A stretch of 63,216 bases of DNA, counting the filler, from Octopus bimaculoides (Eukaryota): the NCBI RefSeq assembly GCF_001194135.2. It is 7 parts of 7 records of this genome, joined end to end, with 100 filler letters (N's around TTAATTAATTAA, not from the genome) between each part and the next. Parts side by side here need not be neighbours in the genome. Positions count along the whole stretch, not along the records: positions 29,027 to 46,999 come from NC_068983.1; positions 47,100 to 56,255 come from NC_069000.1; 5 more parts are not named here. One strand, given 5' to 3'. Below the pieces are notes generated by a model. It made no database searches. It worked only from the letters and a program-made list of their open reading frames with translations, and was not told where the DNA came from. Of the stretch, positions 38,729 through 52,037 are shown in pieces. Every line of letters begins with the position of its first letter. Position 1 is the stretch's first letter. Made by a program: the position numbers and the translations under genes.

Positions 38729-38815
38729 TGCATTGTGGCCGTTTCAGGGGGCTCCATTTAATCGAACAATGCAAGCATTACATCAATTTGAAATACACCG
38801 CCTTCTTCGGGTGCA
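38729..38815 (-). ncRNA. Hammerhead motif, second copy of the 35109 repeat, probably inactive
   Basis: TGCAC-CCGAAGA-AGGCGG-[46 nt]-CCCCCT-GAAAC-GGCC-ACA-ATGCA. Cleavage triplet and stem III are mutated. Flanking homology 38695-38870 vs 35074-35255. Confidence 0.7.
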
Positions 38816-39259
38816 TATGACCATTTAGGTTTTCAGCATACAGGTAACTCCATTATACTTTTCTTATATCCTTTCATTCTTTAAGATTGTTTCATAACGT
38901 TGGAATGTTTTTATGTAATTATATTTTTTAAATAAGTTCATATGTTATAGAACCAATTATCCTATTTCTTTGCTTTCAATCCTTCAATAGAAAATGCGTA
39001 CCTCTTTCTCGGATGAAATCTGAATGTAATTTGGGTTCATTGCTTGAATGGTTTTATTATAACCACCTCAAAGTTTGCTAGGATAGAGTATTATGAAGCT
39101 TCTATTTTATATAAAGGTACTCTACTTTTTTAGGGCTTAAATTGGTTTATATATCCTTCTTATCTTACTTGGTCTATATACACCTTTCTCAATTTTTTAA
39201 ATTTTACTTTTACTACACATAATACAATAAAATAATTTTGCTAAAGTTTTGGTTATATA

Positions 39260-39321
<62 letters not shown>

Positions 39322-39482
39322 GTATTCAACATCACGGCAGTGCTAGAATACACTGCAACAGAGAAGCTAGAAATTGACGCTGTTAAGCGTGTGTTTAAAT
39401 TGAAATGGGATGAGTTAAACGGGTAAAATTATAGTAGTAGCGTTAATAATTATATTAAGACTATACTAGTTTGAAATGTTGA

Positions 39483-39673
39483 CACAAGGCCAGCATTTTC
39501 TGGGTACGGGATAAGTCGATTACATTGACTACAGTGCTCAACTGGTATTCATTTTATCGACCCTGAAAAAATGAAAGACAAAGTCGATCTCGGTGGCATT
39601 TGAACTCAGAACGTAAAGAACGGCGAAAACATTTTGGCCGGCGTGCAAACGATCCTGCCAGCTCGCTTCCTTA
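39483..39673 (-). mobile_element. SINE family B
   Basis: Reverse complement of the family B head and core (ttttatcgaccctgaaaaaatgaaagacaaagtcga...ccggcgtgcaaacgatcctgccagctcgc). Confidence 0.85.
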
Positions 39674-40199
39674 ATAATAACACATTAATGGTAATTCTAA
39701 TGGTGGTAGTAATATTACTAACGCTGTTAAATATATTAAATACAATGTTTATAGACATTACGACATCTGTTCACTGTGATATACCAGTCATTGTAATTGT
39801 ACCTCTGCACTCTCAATGGATTTGCTGAAGAACACCTTTACGAAACTTGTATCAACAGCTTGCTAAAATACATACATCAGTCTGTAATTCCAATCTCTTG
39901 GAGATACACAATTGAGAGTAACATAAAATTTATAAATATGCAGAATTACTCTAAACAAACTAATGTTATGCTGGAGGTTATAAACATAATCCAGCTAAAG
40001 TAGATGAAAGCTGCAAGAACAGCATTAAATGAAGGGAGATAAAAAATCCCAACATTACGATACTCAATTCTGTTACTCAATTAATCAGTATCCTACAGTC
40101 TTACGTCATCACAATAAACTCTGGAAGAATAAATAAGCAACTAATTATTACAATAAAACAAAAGTCACAAATCTACAATAGATAACTGGAAGAGAACAT

Positions 40200-41500
40200 T
40201 AAAGTAATCTATGAGGCAAATTAAGTAAAATAATGCAGATGCCAGCATATAATTCTTAAAGGAAAATTAACAATTTGAACTCTGTGAGTTAAATAAGGCA
40301 TGTAAATGCCTCATAAAGATCGAATAAACACAACTACAAACTCTCAAATGCTTAAAACAAACAACTACACAATCAACTTTAAAAAGATTAAAAAGGTTTG
40401 ACGTTCGAGATAAAAAATATAAAGGTAATTCCGAAAACTGTAAAAAAGATAAAGAACCTAAAGGTGTAACAACAGAAGTTTATAGTATACATGTGGAAAT
40501 CCATTTTTGAAAACGACACTAGCCATCTCTTCACGTAATTACAATATTTCATTTGAGGTATGCTTGAAACAGCTTCGGCAAAACTCTTTGTCTTTGCTGT
40601 TTATATCAAACCATGGAGTCTTCGATTCCCTTCCTGATGAGAAATTCAAACCATGTACTTAGATCGATCCTTACTAGTAGATAGCTCCTTATCCAAAATA
40701 AAGACCAACAGATGACCTATCTACCGTCATCCAATCAGTTGTCTGTTGGTAAGTTTTCTAAAATACTATCCATAATAGCAAAACAGATACAAAAATGGAA
40801 AAAGTTACGTAAATCTTTTGCAGAAGGTGGTACATACTGAAGTACATCATTATAATTAGCTACCAACCCCTTGGTAATAATACGATAGTGGGGGTTTCTT
40901 TATATAGCTTTGCAAACACGAACATCATGGAAATAACAAACCCATGTTACGAATAGAGAAAGCGAACCTGTTATGGCGTTTGATCTGCTAAAGGATGACT
41001 TTTCATTCGACATTTTATGATAGCTGCATCAAAATATTGGAAGTACTTCAATTTGATTTAACCAGTGAAAAAGTGGTAGGTTGATTTGAAGCTGATTAAA
41101 GCAAAATGCCTGTAAATTCTAGCTTCACAAGAACGTTTACCAGGTTATATTTCAAAAGAACAATACTTCTGGTATTTATTTCACCATATGCCTGTAGCAA
41201 CTGAGTACAAAAAAAATTAGGGATTCTAAGTAGATGACTTAAAATATATGCTGCAAACGCCCTCCAGTTGAGAATGTTCCCAGTAGTGCCAATAAAATTT
41301 GCAGTGATATTAAAATACAGAAGCATGCAACGAAATGACAAAGTTAGACTCTAGGCTATGGATATATTCAATCTCTACAAGGAAGTGACTGATTACCACG
41401 AAGTACTTTGACACATAATCCTTTCTGCATAAGAATTACTTTTATATCTTCCATTTGTATGGAAAGTGAATGAATGGGTTAAGAAAATGAAACATTTTGA
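40200..41500 (+). mobile_element. Possible decayed Mutator/MULE transposase
   Basis: Collinear weak motifs across shifting frames: KVIPK, EVYSIH, PVMAFDLL, G*FEAD, YLFHH, KKLGILSR, ALQLRMFP. They resemble the MULE order KVVPK/QLYTIH/PLVFALL/DFE/CLFH/LGL/ALQLRMLP. Confidence 0.3.
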
Positions 41501-42109
41501 CAAAGCCAAAAATATAAAAATCACATCTCAATAGCAAATGCTAGCTGCCATCACTGTCAGCTATAACATATGTGCCTGTGGTATTGTATCACCACACATT
41601 ATACAATAAGTCTGACACCCAGTGACTATACTTTCCTAGAAAAGACTGTAGTGGGGAGACAATTGAGATTTTGAACGTCACGATATAATATAAGAAAGCA
41701 GTCATCCATGTTGCGTACTACCTATCTAAATTTTAAGAAAGTTGAAACTTGACTTGGGGTTGGTGAAAAACAAAGGACTGCGAATCGTGTGTATGTGTAG
41801 CAACAAAATGATAGCAAAAATTAGCTTAAAACTCGAATTGCAAAAGTACAAAATTAAAGTGGTATCAAAACAGACATACCTATGGCACTCATGGTAAGCA
41901 ACCATGAGTACATAAATATCGATAATATTTTCACGAACTGGATGCTCCATATATAAAGTGGATTGAAATAAAAATGGTTTTCAATGTAGAAGCAACGACA
42001 ATCGGCATACAGGAATAAACCATAATCATAGATATACTGCAAGGAACATACATCGATCTCCCAATATTGATAACAAACGACACATGCATGAGGTACGTTC
42101 TGAGACAAT

Positions 42110-45100
42110 ATTTGATATTGTAACACGATGTCCACAATAATCTTATGGTATGCCCGGTGACATGGAGTAGGCCAACTCACGTGGGCCATTCTTGCCACAT
42201 TCACCCACCTTTCAATGAACTCCCTCTCCAGCCTCACTTTCCTTTTCAGGTGGAGCCCGAAAATGTCGATGAGGCCTTGGCCAAAGAGGAAGGTACTCGT
42301 CTTCAATCCTTTCAATCGGGTCCACCACACAACTTCTTTTGCCATAGCCACCAAACAGAAAAAATACCCCCCCCCCCCATTCCCGGCCAAAGGAAGGAGG
42401 CAGGATGATCTTCACAATGGATTCAGACGATAGCCGGACCCGACCTACACGTGACAATAACTGTTCGACAAAGCTCCACAAGTGAGCAATGCGCGGACAC
42501 TTTAATCGCTCCGCGTGCATCCCAGACAAGTCCAACCGGCTGCACACCCGTGCCTGTAAAGGTTATCTCGAACCGGCAGCGCCTCCACCCATCAGTAGCT
42601 AGGCCAGGGATTTCTAGAAGTTATCCATAGTTCCAAGCCCGAAAGTCCGCCGGAAGAGACCACCCAGTTGACCCTACTCCCCACCCGCGACGCCCAGGAC
42701 TTCTCTGAGTATGTAATCCATCTTGCCCTCCACTAATTCCGTATAGAACACCAGGGTGGAACTTCCATCGATCGCGTTGTCCTACTAACCGAGAACTGTT
42801 AGCGCTGGAGGCATGCTAGGTGCCAAACGCCCTGCTTCGGTCTACGCCTGATCCAGGACTGTAGCTGCGTCAAGGAGACGAGCTGCGGAAAAGCGCGTTC
42901 AACAAACGGCAACCACACTTGCTCACCATTAATCTATCGCTGGAGATGTCGCAGCCTCAGCGTATGACTTCACATCCTCAGTCACGGCATGCCCAGTCCT
43001 TCACGCAACGGATGCTGACAGTAAATGGACCGACTGATAAGAGGCATTTGACAAGAGGAAACGCACCAGCCCATTCAGCCCGAAGTGGAGCAAGGGACGA
43101 CAATCAGGCCGTAGTTTATGACGGATGCGTTATACCCACTCTTCACTTCGCCCGACCTTTCAGAGACAGCTTCCTCTCGGCCCATTTCTGGGTGAGACTG
43201 GCTACCCTGTCTGTCACCTCGTCCCAGTTCTTGTCCACTTGGAGATCCGGACCAAAACAACCTCTGAGCAACTTAACAGGTCCTTCCGCCCAGTGCTCCA
43301 CCACACTCTATCACCACAGTATTACGGCGACGTCGTCTGCAGACGCCGATACGAATCTTCCGCATTCCAGTTCACGCGTGATGCCCGTTGAAACGTCAAG
43401 CTTCTGCAGTAATGGCTCGAGTGCAAATACGTAGAGAAGGGGTGAGAGTGGGCATCCTCGACGGACCGAACGTGCAATACTAAACTATTCCGAAAGGTGG
43501 CCATTTACTTTGGCCACCAAACAGACATCGTTGTACATTAAAGGGATCCAGCCTCAGAAAACGGGACCAAAACCAGCTGCCTTGAGGACAGCCTCCAAGT
43601 GCAGATGGCCAACACTATCAAAAGCATTCGTTTGATCCAAATGAATCAGGGCCCCACCTATACCAAGTCTTTTACCAACCCTTTCTACGATGCATCACGT
43701 GTGGTGGAGGTTGTCATGTATAGTCCTGTTGAGGATAGTGTAAGTCTGCAGATCACCCATCAGTCTGTCATCGACAAACGCCAACCTCTTGGCTAACACC
43801 TTGGTCAAAATTTTGTAATCTGTATTTAGCAGATTTACCAGCCAAAAGTTATTAACAACGTCCCCCTTGTTCGGTTCCATTCTCAGTAGTGTCATCACAC
43901 CTCGGCTCACAGATCTGGGTATTCTCCCATTCTGCTGCTAGTTGTGGTAGACGTCTCCCAATAGCTCACTAAACAAGTGGCATATGTATATAAAGCACGA
44001 AGGGCAGACCGTCCAATCTCAGAGACCGCTCCTTCGTGTAACTAGCCAACGCGTCGTGTATGTCTTCAACTGTTATCGACATTCAGCAGAACTCCAAGTC
44101 CCTGGTCGAAAGCCGCGGCATACCATCAAGCGAGGAAGTGAAGTTCACCTCCACCCCCGGGCAACCGCGTGCCGCGTGCAGTTCAGCAAAGTACTGCTGA
44201 AATTCGCACAAATCTGCATCGACTCGTGTAGCATGCGTCTATCCCGACTCCTCAAAAATCGAAGTGTAGTCTTATTATCAAGTTGCGCCTGGCACTCGAG
44301 CCCATCGAACGGCTTTCCTTCCCTCCTATTTTAGTGCATGCACCTTAGATCTGAGAATGTAACCTTCATGCTCAGTGTTGAAGAATTGATTCAGAACCAG
44401 TCTCGCTGCCAGCACATCGGTTGCTATGCCTTTACTGAGTATCTCTTCTAATTTCCTAACTAGGTCTACCTCTACTCAAGTCTTCTCTATTGTTAGTTCT
44501 CTGCTAAATTCTACAGCTTCTACTCTAATCGTTCGTTTTAGGATCCCCACCATCGGTTGTTAATGACTGCACCCGTCAACTTTCGATGGGCTAACTTGCT
44601 AAGCCGGTCTCTGAAAGCTTGACACGCCGGGAAGGACGCGTTCAGCTTCGAGTATCCGGGTCCCTGTCTATGGAGCTTATCTAGGTCAACCGTACAGATC
44701 ACAAATTTGTGGTGTGTAGTTGATGAAATCAAATTTTGGACAACCTATGCTTTTCCTATTTTCTGGCCTACAAAATACTCCATCTAGATAAGATCTGGAT
44801 GACCCAAAATTTTTGCCCATGTCCATACTGGAGTGTTCGGGAAATCCAGTCTGCACCTATCCGCCAGCTGAAAACAACTGAGCAGGTTTGCGAGCCTTGC
44901 GCACTCGTCTTTCCTATCTGCTAACCCTACCCATTCCACTTATGCAACCAAAATGGTGTTCATATCGCCCACTAAACTAAAGAGCGAGATGTCCCTAGAA
45001 AAGCCTCCAGGCGTCTGAAGAACTCCGGCTGTCCCGCTCCAATTGGTGCATACACTGCAACGAGTCTAAAAGCAGTGCCGTCGTTATCGTTCACGTCCAA

Positions 45101-45690
45101 GACCACCGACTTACCTTCCGGATCCAGGAAGATCGATCGTATCTCGAAATCCAGGCCTTTTCTGAACAGCACTGTCCGTCTCCTATTCCCGGTCGACTAG
45201 GAGATGCAAAAATCTCAAAGTCATCGCAAATAGGAACCAAGGCTCGTGTGTCCCCAATCCTGGTTTCACTGACGGCTTCCACGACAACCCCAGACCACGT
45301 ACATTTATGCCACCTACTTTAAGAACCACCATGCTGGTTAGGAAGTAAGGAAAGGAAAAGGGAGTGTCACTTACCCTCCTGGTGCTGTTTGTGGTCGAGT
45401 GGTTTTCCTACCCTGCCTGTTTTGTTGGCTTCCTCTTGAAACCCCCTTAAAAACTATCTGATCGCCGTTACATTTGGAGATCCAATGGAGATCCAATGTT
45501 ATACGTGTTGCTCCGCTTAGTACTCATATAAGTCTCTAATGTTATTCGCACCATCATTAGGCTCTCCGGTACTCTAAAAGTGTCGGGGCTGAAGATCACC
45601 CTCTCTGTTTCAGTGTTCTCGTTTTGTGCTATGAGAACCATCAGTTTTTCATTGGCCCTCCTCACTAGCACGAAATTCTGCTACTGCGCA
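42110..45690 (-). mobile_element. Tx1-type (L1 superfamily) LINE, decayed: ORF1 remnant plus ORF2
   Basis: ORF2 start MVVLKVGGINVRGL at 45332; FRLVAVYAP, GPGYSKLNAS, LLNTDYKILTKVLAKRL, LDQTNAFDSV, SVRRGCPLSP, LPVRDNLYRHG and ERWVNVARM motifs, with many stops and deletions. Confidence 0.92.
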
Positions 45691-46279
45691 ATAATAACAA
45701 TAACAATACTAGCTACAGAATCAGATAAACGAATTAGATGAAACACACCTAAATTCTAAGGAATTAATTGAATAAAGAGAGCACAAACGACTTGGCTGTT
45801 ATAGAAATATTAGATTGTATTATTACTTAACACTAAGCTAAATGCCAAAAATAAGTTAATAAGTATCTATTATTACTTTAGCTGTTCCAACAATAAATTA
45901 TACTCTCAAGTGAACGCAAAGTGAATTAGCGAGACTAGACACGGAAATAAAGAAAATAAAGACAGCATTCAAAATACATATCAAAATACAAACACAGAAT
46001 AGTTATATTTACCGTGAACAGAAAGCAGTTAGAGTCTTTTTCGGCGTGAATATAATTATAAAATATTTTTACTGAAAGGCTTCAAAAATATCTAATGAAA
46101 ATGTAGAGAATATATTTCCAATACAAAAAAGAAAAAAAAAAAACTTCAATGAAATCAATAAATAGCTCGCAAAACGCAAAGTAACGTTGTGAACGAGACG
46201 AGGCAGCAACTGCAGAAAGTATTTCAGAATAAAAATAGAATTACGGAATGTCATGCTGGTCTGTCGGTAAATGTATATG

Positions 46280-46321
<42 letters not shown>

Positions 46322-46419
46322 NNNNNNNNNNNNNNNNNNNNNNNNNNNNNNNNNNNNNNNNNNNNNNNNNNNNNNNNNNNNNNNNNNNNNNNNNNNNNNN
46401 NNNNNNNNNNNNNNNNNNN

Positions 46420-46476
<57 letters not shown>

Positions 46477-46766
46477 AAGCCAAAAAAGAGAGAACAATTT
46501 TCAAAGGTCACTGTTCATATTCACTCAGTATATTTCAAAGCATCGGAATACTTCACAGTATACATAGGTGCACTCATATATACATTATTTAATATAAAAT
46601 ATATATATATAAATACATAAATACAGAGATGTACTTGTGAAGTTGTATGTCCGTATTAAAATCAATGAAGATATTAAAATATACACATGGTGAATGTATA
46701 GCGGTAATCCAAATAGATGAGAATGCTGGTATAAAACGGTTTTAAGAAAAATCTTCAGCAAGTACC

Positions 46767-46856
46767 AAGTCTGACAGCTGTTTCGAGAAAATACGGGTTG
46801 GTGTAGGCGAGTTAATTCCAACCGGAACGATCATCTACATTTCTCTCATTAGAGTT
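46767..46856 (-). ncRNA. Type I hammerhead motif with G5A lesion
   Basis: AACT-CTAATGA-GAGAAA-[49 nt]-TTTCTC-GAAAC-AGCT-GTC-AGACTT. Stem II 6 bp, palindromic stem III ACAGCTGT, GUC triplet, weak stem I. Confidence 0.65.
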
Positions 46857-46968
46857 AATCAAAAAGGATTTATAAAAGAGTTCTATTTTGTTGGCTTTAT
46901 ATTTCTGATGCTCTATCAGCGCTAATTAGTTGTGCTGTATAAGGGGATAATCATCCTATTTATTCCTT

Positions 46969-46999
<31 letters not shown>

Positions 47000-47302
47000 N
47001 NNNNNNNNNNNNNNNNNNNNNNNNNNNNNNNNNNNNNNNNNNNTTAATTAATTAANNNNNNNNNNNNNNNNNNNNNNNNNNNNNNNNNNNNNNNNNNNNA
47101 TAATCAAACCAACACGGATTATCAAGCCCAACACACATACACACACACACACACACATGTATATAGTAATGTTTGTCGCCACTTCAGCATGGCTGCTCTG
47201 TACGAACCAATATTACTACGGTTTTTTTAACAGCAAGAGGACGCCTCTTGTAGCTGGTTTTCTGTCGAAAAGAAACTTTTCGTGTGAGTGTGTGTGTATA
47301 TA

Positions 47303-48007
47303 TTATTTAAGGTCACAGTACATGTATTAAAGCGCTATTAATAGTTTCATATGTTCAGAAAACTCAAATATATTCTTAAGGGGCAAATCACATATCATAC
47401 CGAACTAGAGAAATTGAATAATAGAAGGAAGGCGAAAAAAAACTGAAAAGGCAGTTTATAGAAAACGCTGACAATAAACAACGGAAAACCAAAAATGGAA
47501 AACGGAAAACACAAACTAAACTGCAAAAAACAAAAAGAAAAGGATAAAAGTGGTATCCTCTTTAGACCTTAAAGGACAAGGCTCCAAAGATATCAAGTCA
47601 GTCAGGAATAGGCGGAATTTTCCAATTCTTCAAACTATATTTATACATATACATGCAACCACAGAAAATTTTTGTTTAATAGAAAGTTAGGGATCTTAGA
47701 TCTGGAGAGGATCTGCGCTCTTTCAGTCAAACAAAGCTTACATTTATTCGATCCATTCACATAAGGTCAGAAATTTTCGGTAGTTGCATGCATATGTATA
47801 AATATAGTTTGAAGAATTGGAAAATTCCGCTTATTCTTGACTGACTTGGTATCTTTCCAGCCTTATCATTTAAGGTCTAAGGAGGTAGCTCTTTTACCTT
47901 TTTATTTTTTATTATTTACATTTTACTTTCTTCTTTTCTTTTTCCATTGATTGTTTACTGTTGGCGTTTTCTAGCGCTTTAATACATGTATTATGACCTT
48001 TAAATAA
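47303..48007. mobile_element. Foldback (long inverted-repeat) element
   Basis: Arms 47303-47671 and 47771-48007 are reverse complements, e.g. aattttccaattcttcaaactatatttatacatat and ttaaggtca..tacatgtattaaagcgcta. Spacer about 100 bp; the left arm carries extra sequence. Confidence 0.85.
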
Positions 48008-48289
48008 ATATCATTTATCTCTCACCAGATGAAGTACTTTTCTTGTTAAATTTTCTATCACGCATCAATACATTATACATATATATANNNNNNNNNNNNN
48101 NNNNNNNNNNNNNNNNNNNNNNNNNNNNNNNNNNNNNNNNNNNNNNNNNNNNNNNNNNNNNNNNNNNNNNNNNNNNNNNNTGCAGTGGGACTGGAAGACT
48201 GAAAACGAAATCATTCGATTGGGAAACAAATTTGTTATCACACAGCCATACCTACACCCGTTTTTAATAATTACTGATGTGTTATTTAT

Positions 48290-48521
48290 TTCTTTACTAC
48301 CCACAAGGGGCTACACACAGAGGGGACAAACAAGGACAGACAAATGGATTAAGTCAATTATATCGACCCCAGTGCGTAACTGGTACTTATTTAATCGACC
48401 CCGAAAGGATGAAAGGCAAAGTCGACCTCGGCGGAATTTGAACTCAGAACGTTAGCGGCAGACGAAATACCGCTAAGCATTTCGCCCGGCGTGCTAACGT
48501 TTCTGCCAGCTCGCCGCCTTA
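48290..48521 (-). mobile_element. SINE family B, well preserved
   Basis: ggtacttatttaatcgaccccgaaaggatgaaaggcaaagtcgacctcggcggaatttgaactcagaacg...ctgccagctcgccgcctta. Confidence 0.9.
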
Positions 48522-48579
48522 CTGATGTGTATGTGCGTATGTGTAAAGATGCGTTAATTATTTTTATTAATATTGGCTA

Positions 48580-48752
48580 TAATAGGCGGTCTACTATAGG
48601 CACAAGGCCTGAAATTTGCAGGGAGCGAGTAAGTCGATCGCATCGACCCCCAGTACTTGATTGGTCCTTAATATATCGACTCCGAAAGGCTGAAAGACAA
48701 AGTCTACCTGGGTAGAATTTGATCTCAGAAAGTAAAGACGGGCGAAATACCA
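48580..48752 (-). mobile_element. SINE family B, 5'-truncated second copy
   Basis: atcgactccgaaaggctgaaagacaaagtc core plus the ataggcacaaggcctgaaattt tail. Confidence 0.8.
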
Positions 48753-48774
48753 ACAGAGAGTGATGGCTTTATCT

Positions 48775-49235
48775 TGGCTACTGAAGATCAGAATTTATTG
48801 ACCCGAAACTATCAAGCCAATTTAATGATAATACCACTGATTGTAGGAGCATTTGGAATGATCAAAAAAGGAAATGAAAATCATTTAAGAATGATTCCTG
48901 GCTTACCATCCGTGCAGGAAGTGCAAAAGATCGTCTTAACTGGTACGTCACACGTATTGAGAAATGCGTTGTCGCTGTGAATTTTCTTTCCTCCCCCCCC
49001 CCACACACACACTTTATTTTCTTTGTTTACTTTTTTACTTTTTATTTTTTCATTTTTCTTTCTGTCTTTCTTCCCCTTTTCCTCTGTCATATGACTTTGT
49101 AAATGAACAATCTGGTGTGTTTATTTTAATGGCCTACCAATGTATACAGTGCGTTTCTCTGCCCTAGGTGTCAGAAAGACACTCGGCAAGAAATGGAAAC
49201 AATTGAAAGATAATAATGAAAATAAAAATAACTGC
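48775..49235 (+). mobile_element. R4/Dong-type (RLE) LINE 3' end
   Basis: IIPLIVGAFGMIKKG..HLRMIPGLPSVQEVQKIVLTGTSHVLRNALSL* is the typical post-endonuclease C-terminus. It is followed by a 3' UTR and an A/TAA-rich tail. Confidence 0.75.
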
Positions 49236-49466
49236 TACTACTACTTGTGTTTACTTACAGACATCGTATAAACAAGTTGTATTATTAAATACACTAATAG
49301 CAACGTTGAGCGTCACACAACAAAGAAAAAAGAACTTTTGGAGATTGCTCAAGTGATAATAAATACAATAATTGTTTTATCGCTCTGTTTATTTCTATAA
49401 GATTGTTAGGGTTGTTTCTGTGTGGTATAGATGTGTGTGCGTATGCGTGCACGTGCGTGTCTGTAA

Positions 49467-49548
<82 letters not shown>

Positions 49549-49774
49549 GCGAGAGAGATAGAGAGCATGCGTGCATGGATGTGTATCTGTATGTACCCGT
49601 GTATGTTATATATATTAATTAGCGACAATATATATCTTATGCAAATACGATATATTATGTATGTGCATACACACGCACGCACGCACGCACGCACACACAC
49701 ACAAACACACACACATACACTTACACATACACATGTATATACATGTATACATACATATGTACATAAAAATGTAC

Positions 49775-49843
<69 letters not shown>

Positions 49844-50646
49844 TAACATATATGTACATACATAAAAGTATATGTATACAAATATATGATTCATATTTAT
49901 ATAAATATACACCTACATTCACACACAAACGTGCTCGTGCGTATAAAGTGAACGACTATTTATTGCGGTATCGTTGTTACAAATTAAATTCACTTATCAT
50001 TGCAGGGGTGGTGAACATCATGTATAAACACTCACACACACACACAGGCGCGCGCACACAATATGAACAATCTATTTTTTTTGATACTATAATACGAATG
50101 TAAATCACAAACACGTCCTTGTATTAAAAACAAAACAATGATGGCTTAGATTGTTTCATCCCTATTACATATGAACAGAATGCAGTGAAAGCTCAGTGAA
50201 CGCTTTAGTTATAACGGCCAATATCTATCTATCTATCTATCAATCATCTATCTATCTATCTATCTATATCTATCTCTCTCTCTATATATATATATATAAA
50301 TGAAATATTCAAACACTGAGATTTGAAGTTAGATGTCACTACTGTTCATATCATCTGTGGATAAATTCAAAATTTGATGATATCACCAGTAGTAGCATTG
50401 GTGGAACGCAGTTATGATAGCTTTAAGGAGCTACGAAATATCGTAATGATGCTTAATGAGCATCTACCTGCTAGACATAAGAGCCAAGTCTTAAATAATC
50501 CACCGTAGCGCACCAATATAACAGAGAAAAACAGTATGCGAGGAAAACAGACAGAATTAAAACATTTAACAGCACATATATATATATGTATGTATGTATT
50601 AGTCGAAAGACACCTGTTGTTATGTCCTGTTATTTGCATTTAGTCT

Positions 50647-51201
50647 TACTCTTTACTCTTTTACTTGTTTCAGTCATTTGACTGTGGCCATGCTGGAGCA
50701 CCGCCTTTAGTCGAAGAAATCGACCCCAGGACTTATACTTTGTAAGCCTAGTACTTATTCTATCGGACTCATTTGCCGAACCGCTAAGTTACGGGGACGT
50801 AAACACACCAGCATCGGTTATCAAACGATGTTGGGGAACAAACACACAAACTTATACATNNNNNNNNNNNNNNNNNNNNNNNNNNNNNNNNNNNNNNNNN
50901 NNNNNNNNNNNNNNNNNNNNNNNNNNNNNNNNNNNNNNNNNNNNNNNNNNNNNNNNNNNNNNNNNNNNNNNNNNNNNNNNNNNNNNNNNNNNNNNNNNNN
51001 NNNNNNNNNNNATATATATATATATATATATACATATACACGACAGGCTTCTTTCAGTTTCTGTCTACTAAATCCACTCACAAGGCTTTAGTCGGCCCGA
51101 AGCTATAATAGAAGACGCTTGCCCAAAATGCCACGTAGTGGGACTGAACCCGGAACCATGTGGCTGGTAAGCAAGCTACTTCCTACACAGCCACTCCTGC
51201 G
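50647..51201 (-). mobile_element. SINE family A, full length
   Basis: Reverse-complement head (cctacacagccactcctgcgcc), internal microsatellite/gap, and tail ending in (AAAGAGT)n-like repeats. Confidence 0.92.
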
Positions 51202-51209
51202 CCATTCTC

Positions 51210-51390
51210 CGTTTTTTTTCCGTCCTTGTTTTCGTATACATTCGCTGCTTTCTTCCAATGAATCTAATGCTCTTAGCTTAGATTCTCCTTGGGGCTGGCC
51301 AGATTGGAACAATCTCGAGTATAACCAGCCGAAAATGCAAAGATAATCTGGAACTCGACCGAGGAAAGAAAACTCCGAATGACCCATCTT
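51210..51390. repeat. Interspersed repeat family, copy 2 (copy 3 at 52482-52700)
   Basis: aatgctcttagcttag...ggctggccagattgga...aaccagccgaaa..gcaaagataatctg..ctcgac.ga...gaaaactccgaatgac occurs twice in the same orientation and once inverted at 121-370. Confidence 0.8.
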
Positions 51391-51783
51391 TTAAAGACTT
51401 CTGTCCTGGAGCTAAGAATGTTTCGCGGGTCAAGGTAATATCCTCATCCTTTCGGCTATGTGCAGGGGCCTGAATTTTCTGGGATCTTCCATAATATTAT
51501 ACGTGGAGTTCCGTCGTCCTTCAGCCGTCATACATGGCTGGCTAAGGAAGTAGCGTATCTCCTTTCTGGGATCCATGAAGAGGATCTGTACTGTGTGTGT
51601 GTATGTGCGTGCCTGTGCGCGCGTGCGTNNNNNNNNNNCACACACACACACATATATATATATAGATATATATGTATGTATGTACATACATACATGCATA
51701 CATACATACATATATATGGTATGTACATACATGTACATATATATGCATATACTCATATATTGTTTGTATTATATATATATATA

Positions 51784-51842
<59 letters not shown>

Positions 51843-52037
51843 GTATTTATTTTCTCCTAGTTAATAATTAACTCGGACAAAATAAATTGGTTAATAGATA
51901 CCAAGGTAGCAAAGATCACAAAATGACTGTGGTGTAACTCCTGTTTATGAGGTAGAAACTCCTTGTTATTTTGGGTACTTGAGTATATATAAATTTAGTA
52001 AATAGAGTAAAACGCATATGTTAACTGAATACTTTTG

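Noticed and set aside
40630-40665. CTGATGA GAAATTC AAAC as a hammerhead
   Set aside because: GAAA is incomplete, stem II has a 1-nt loop, and there is no stem I or III.
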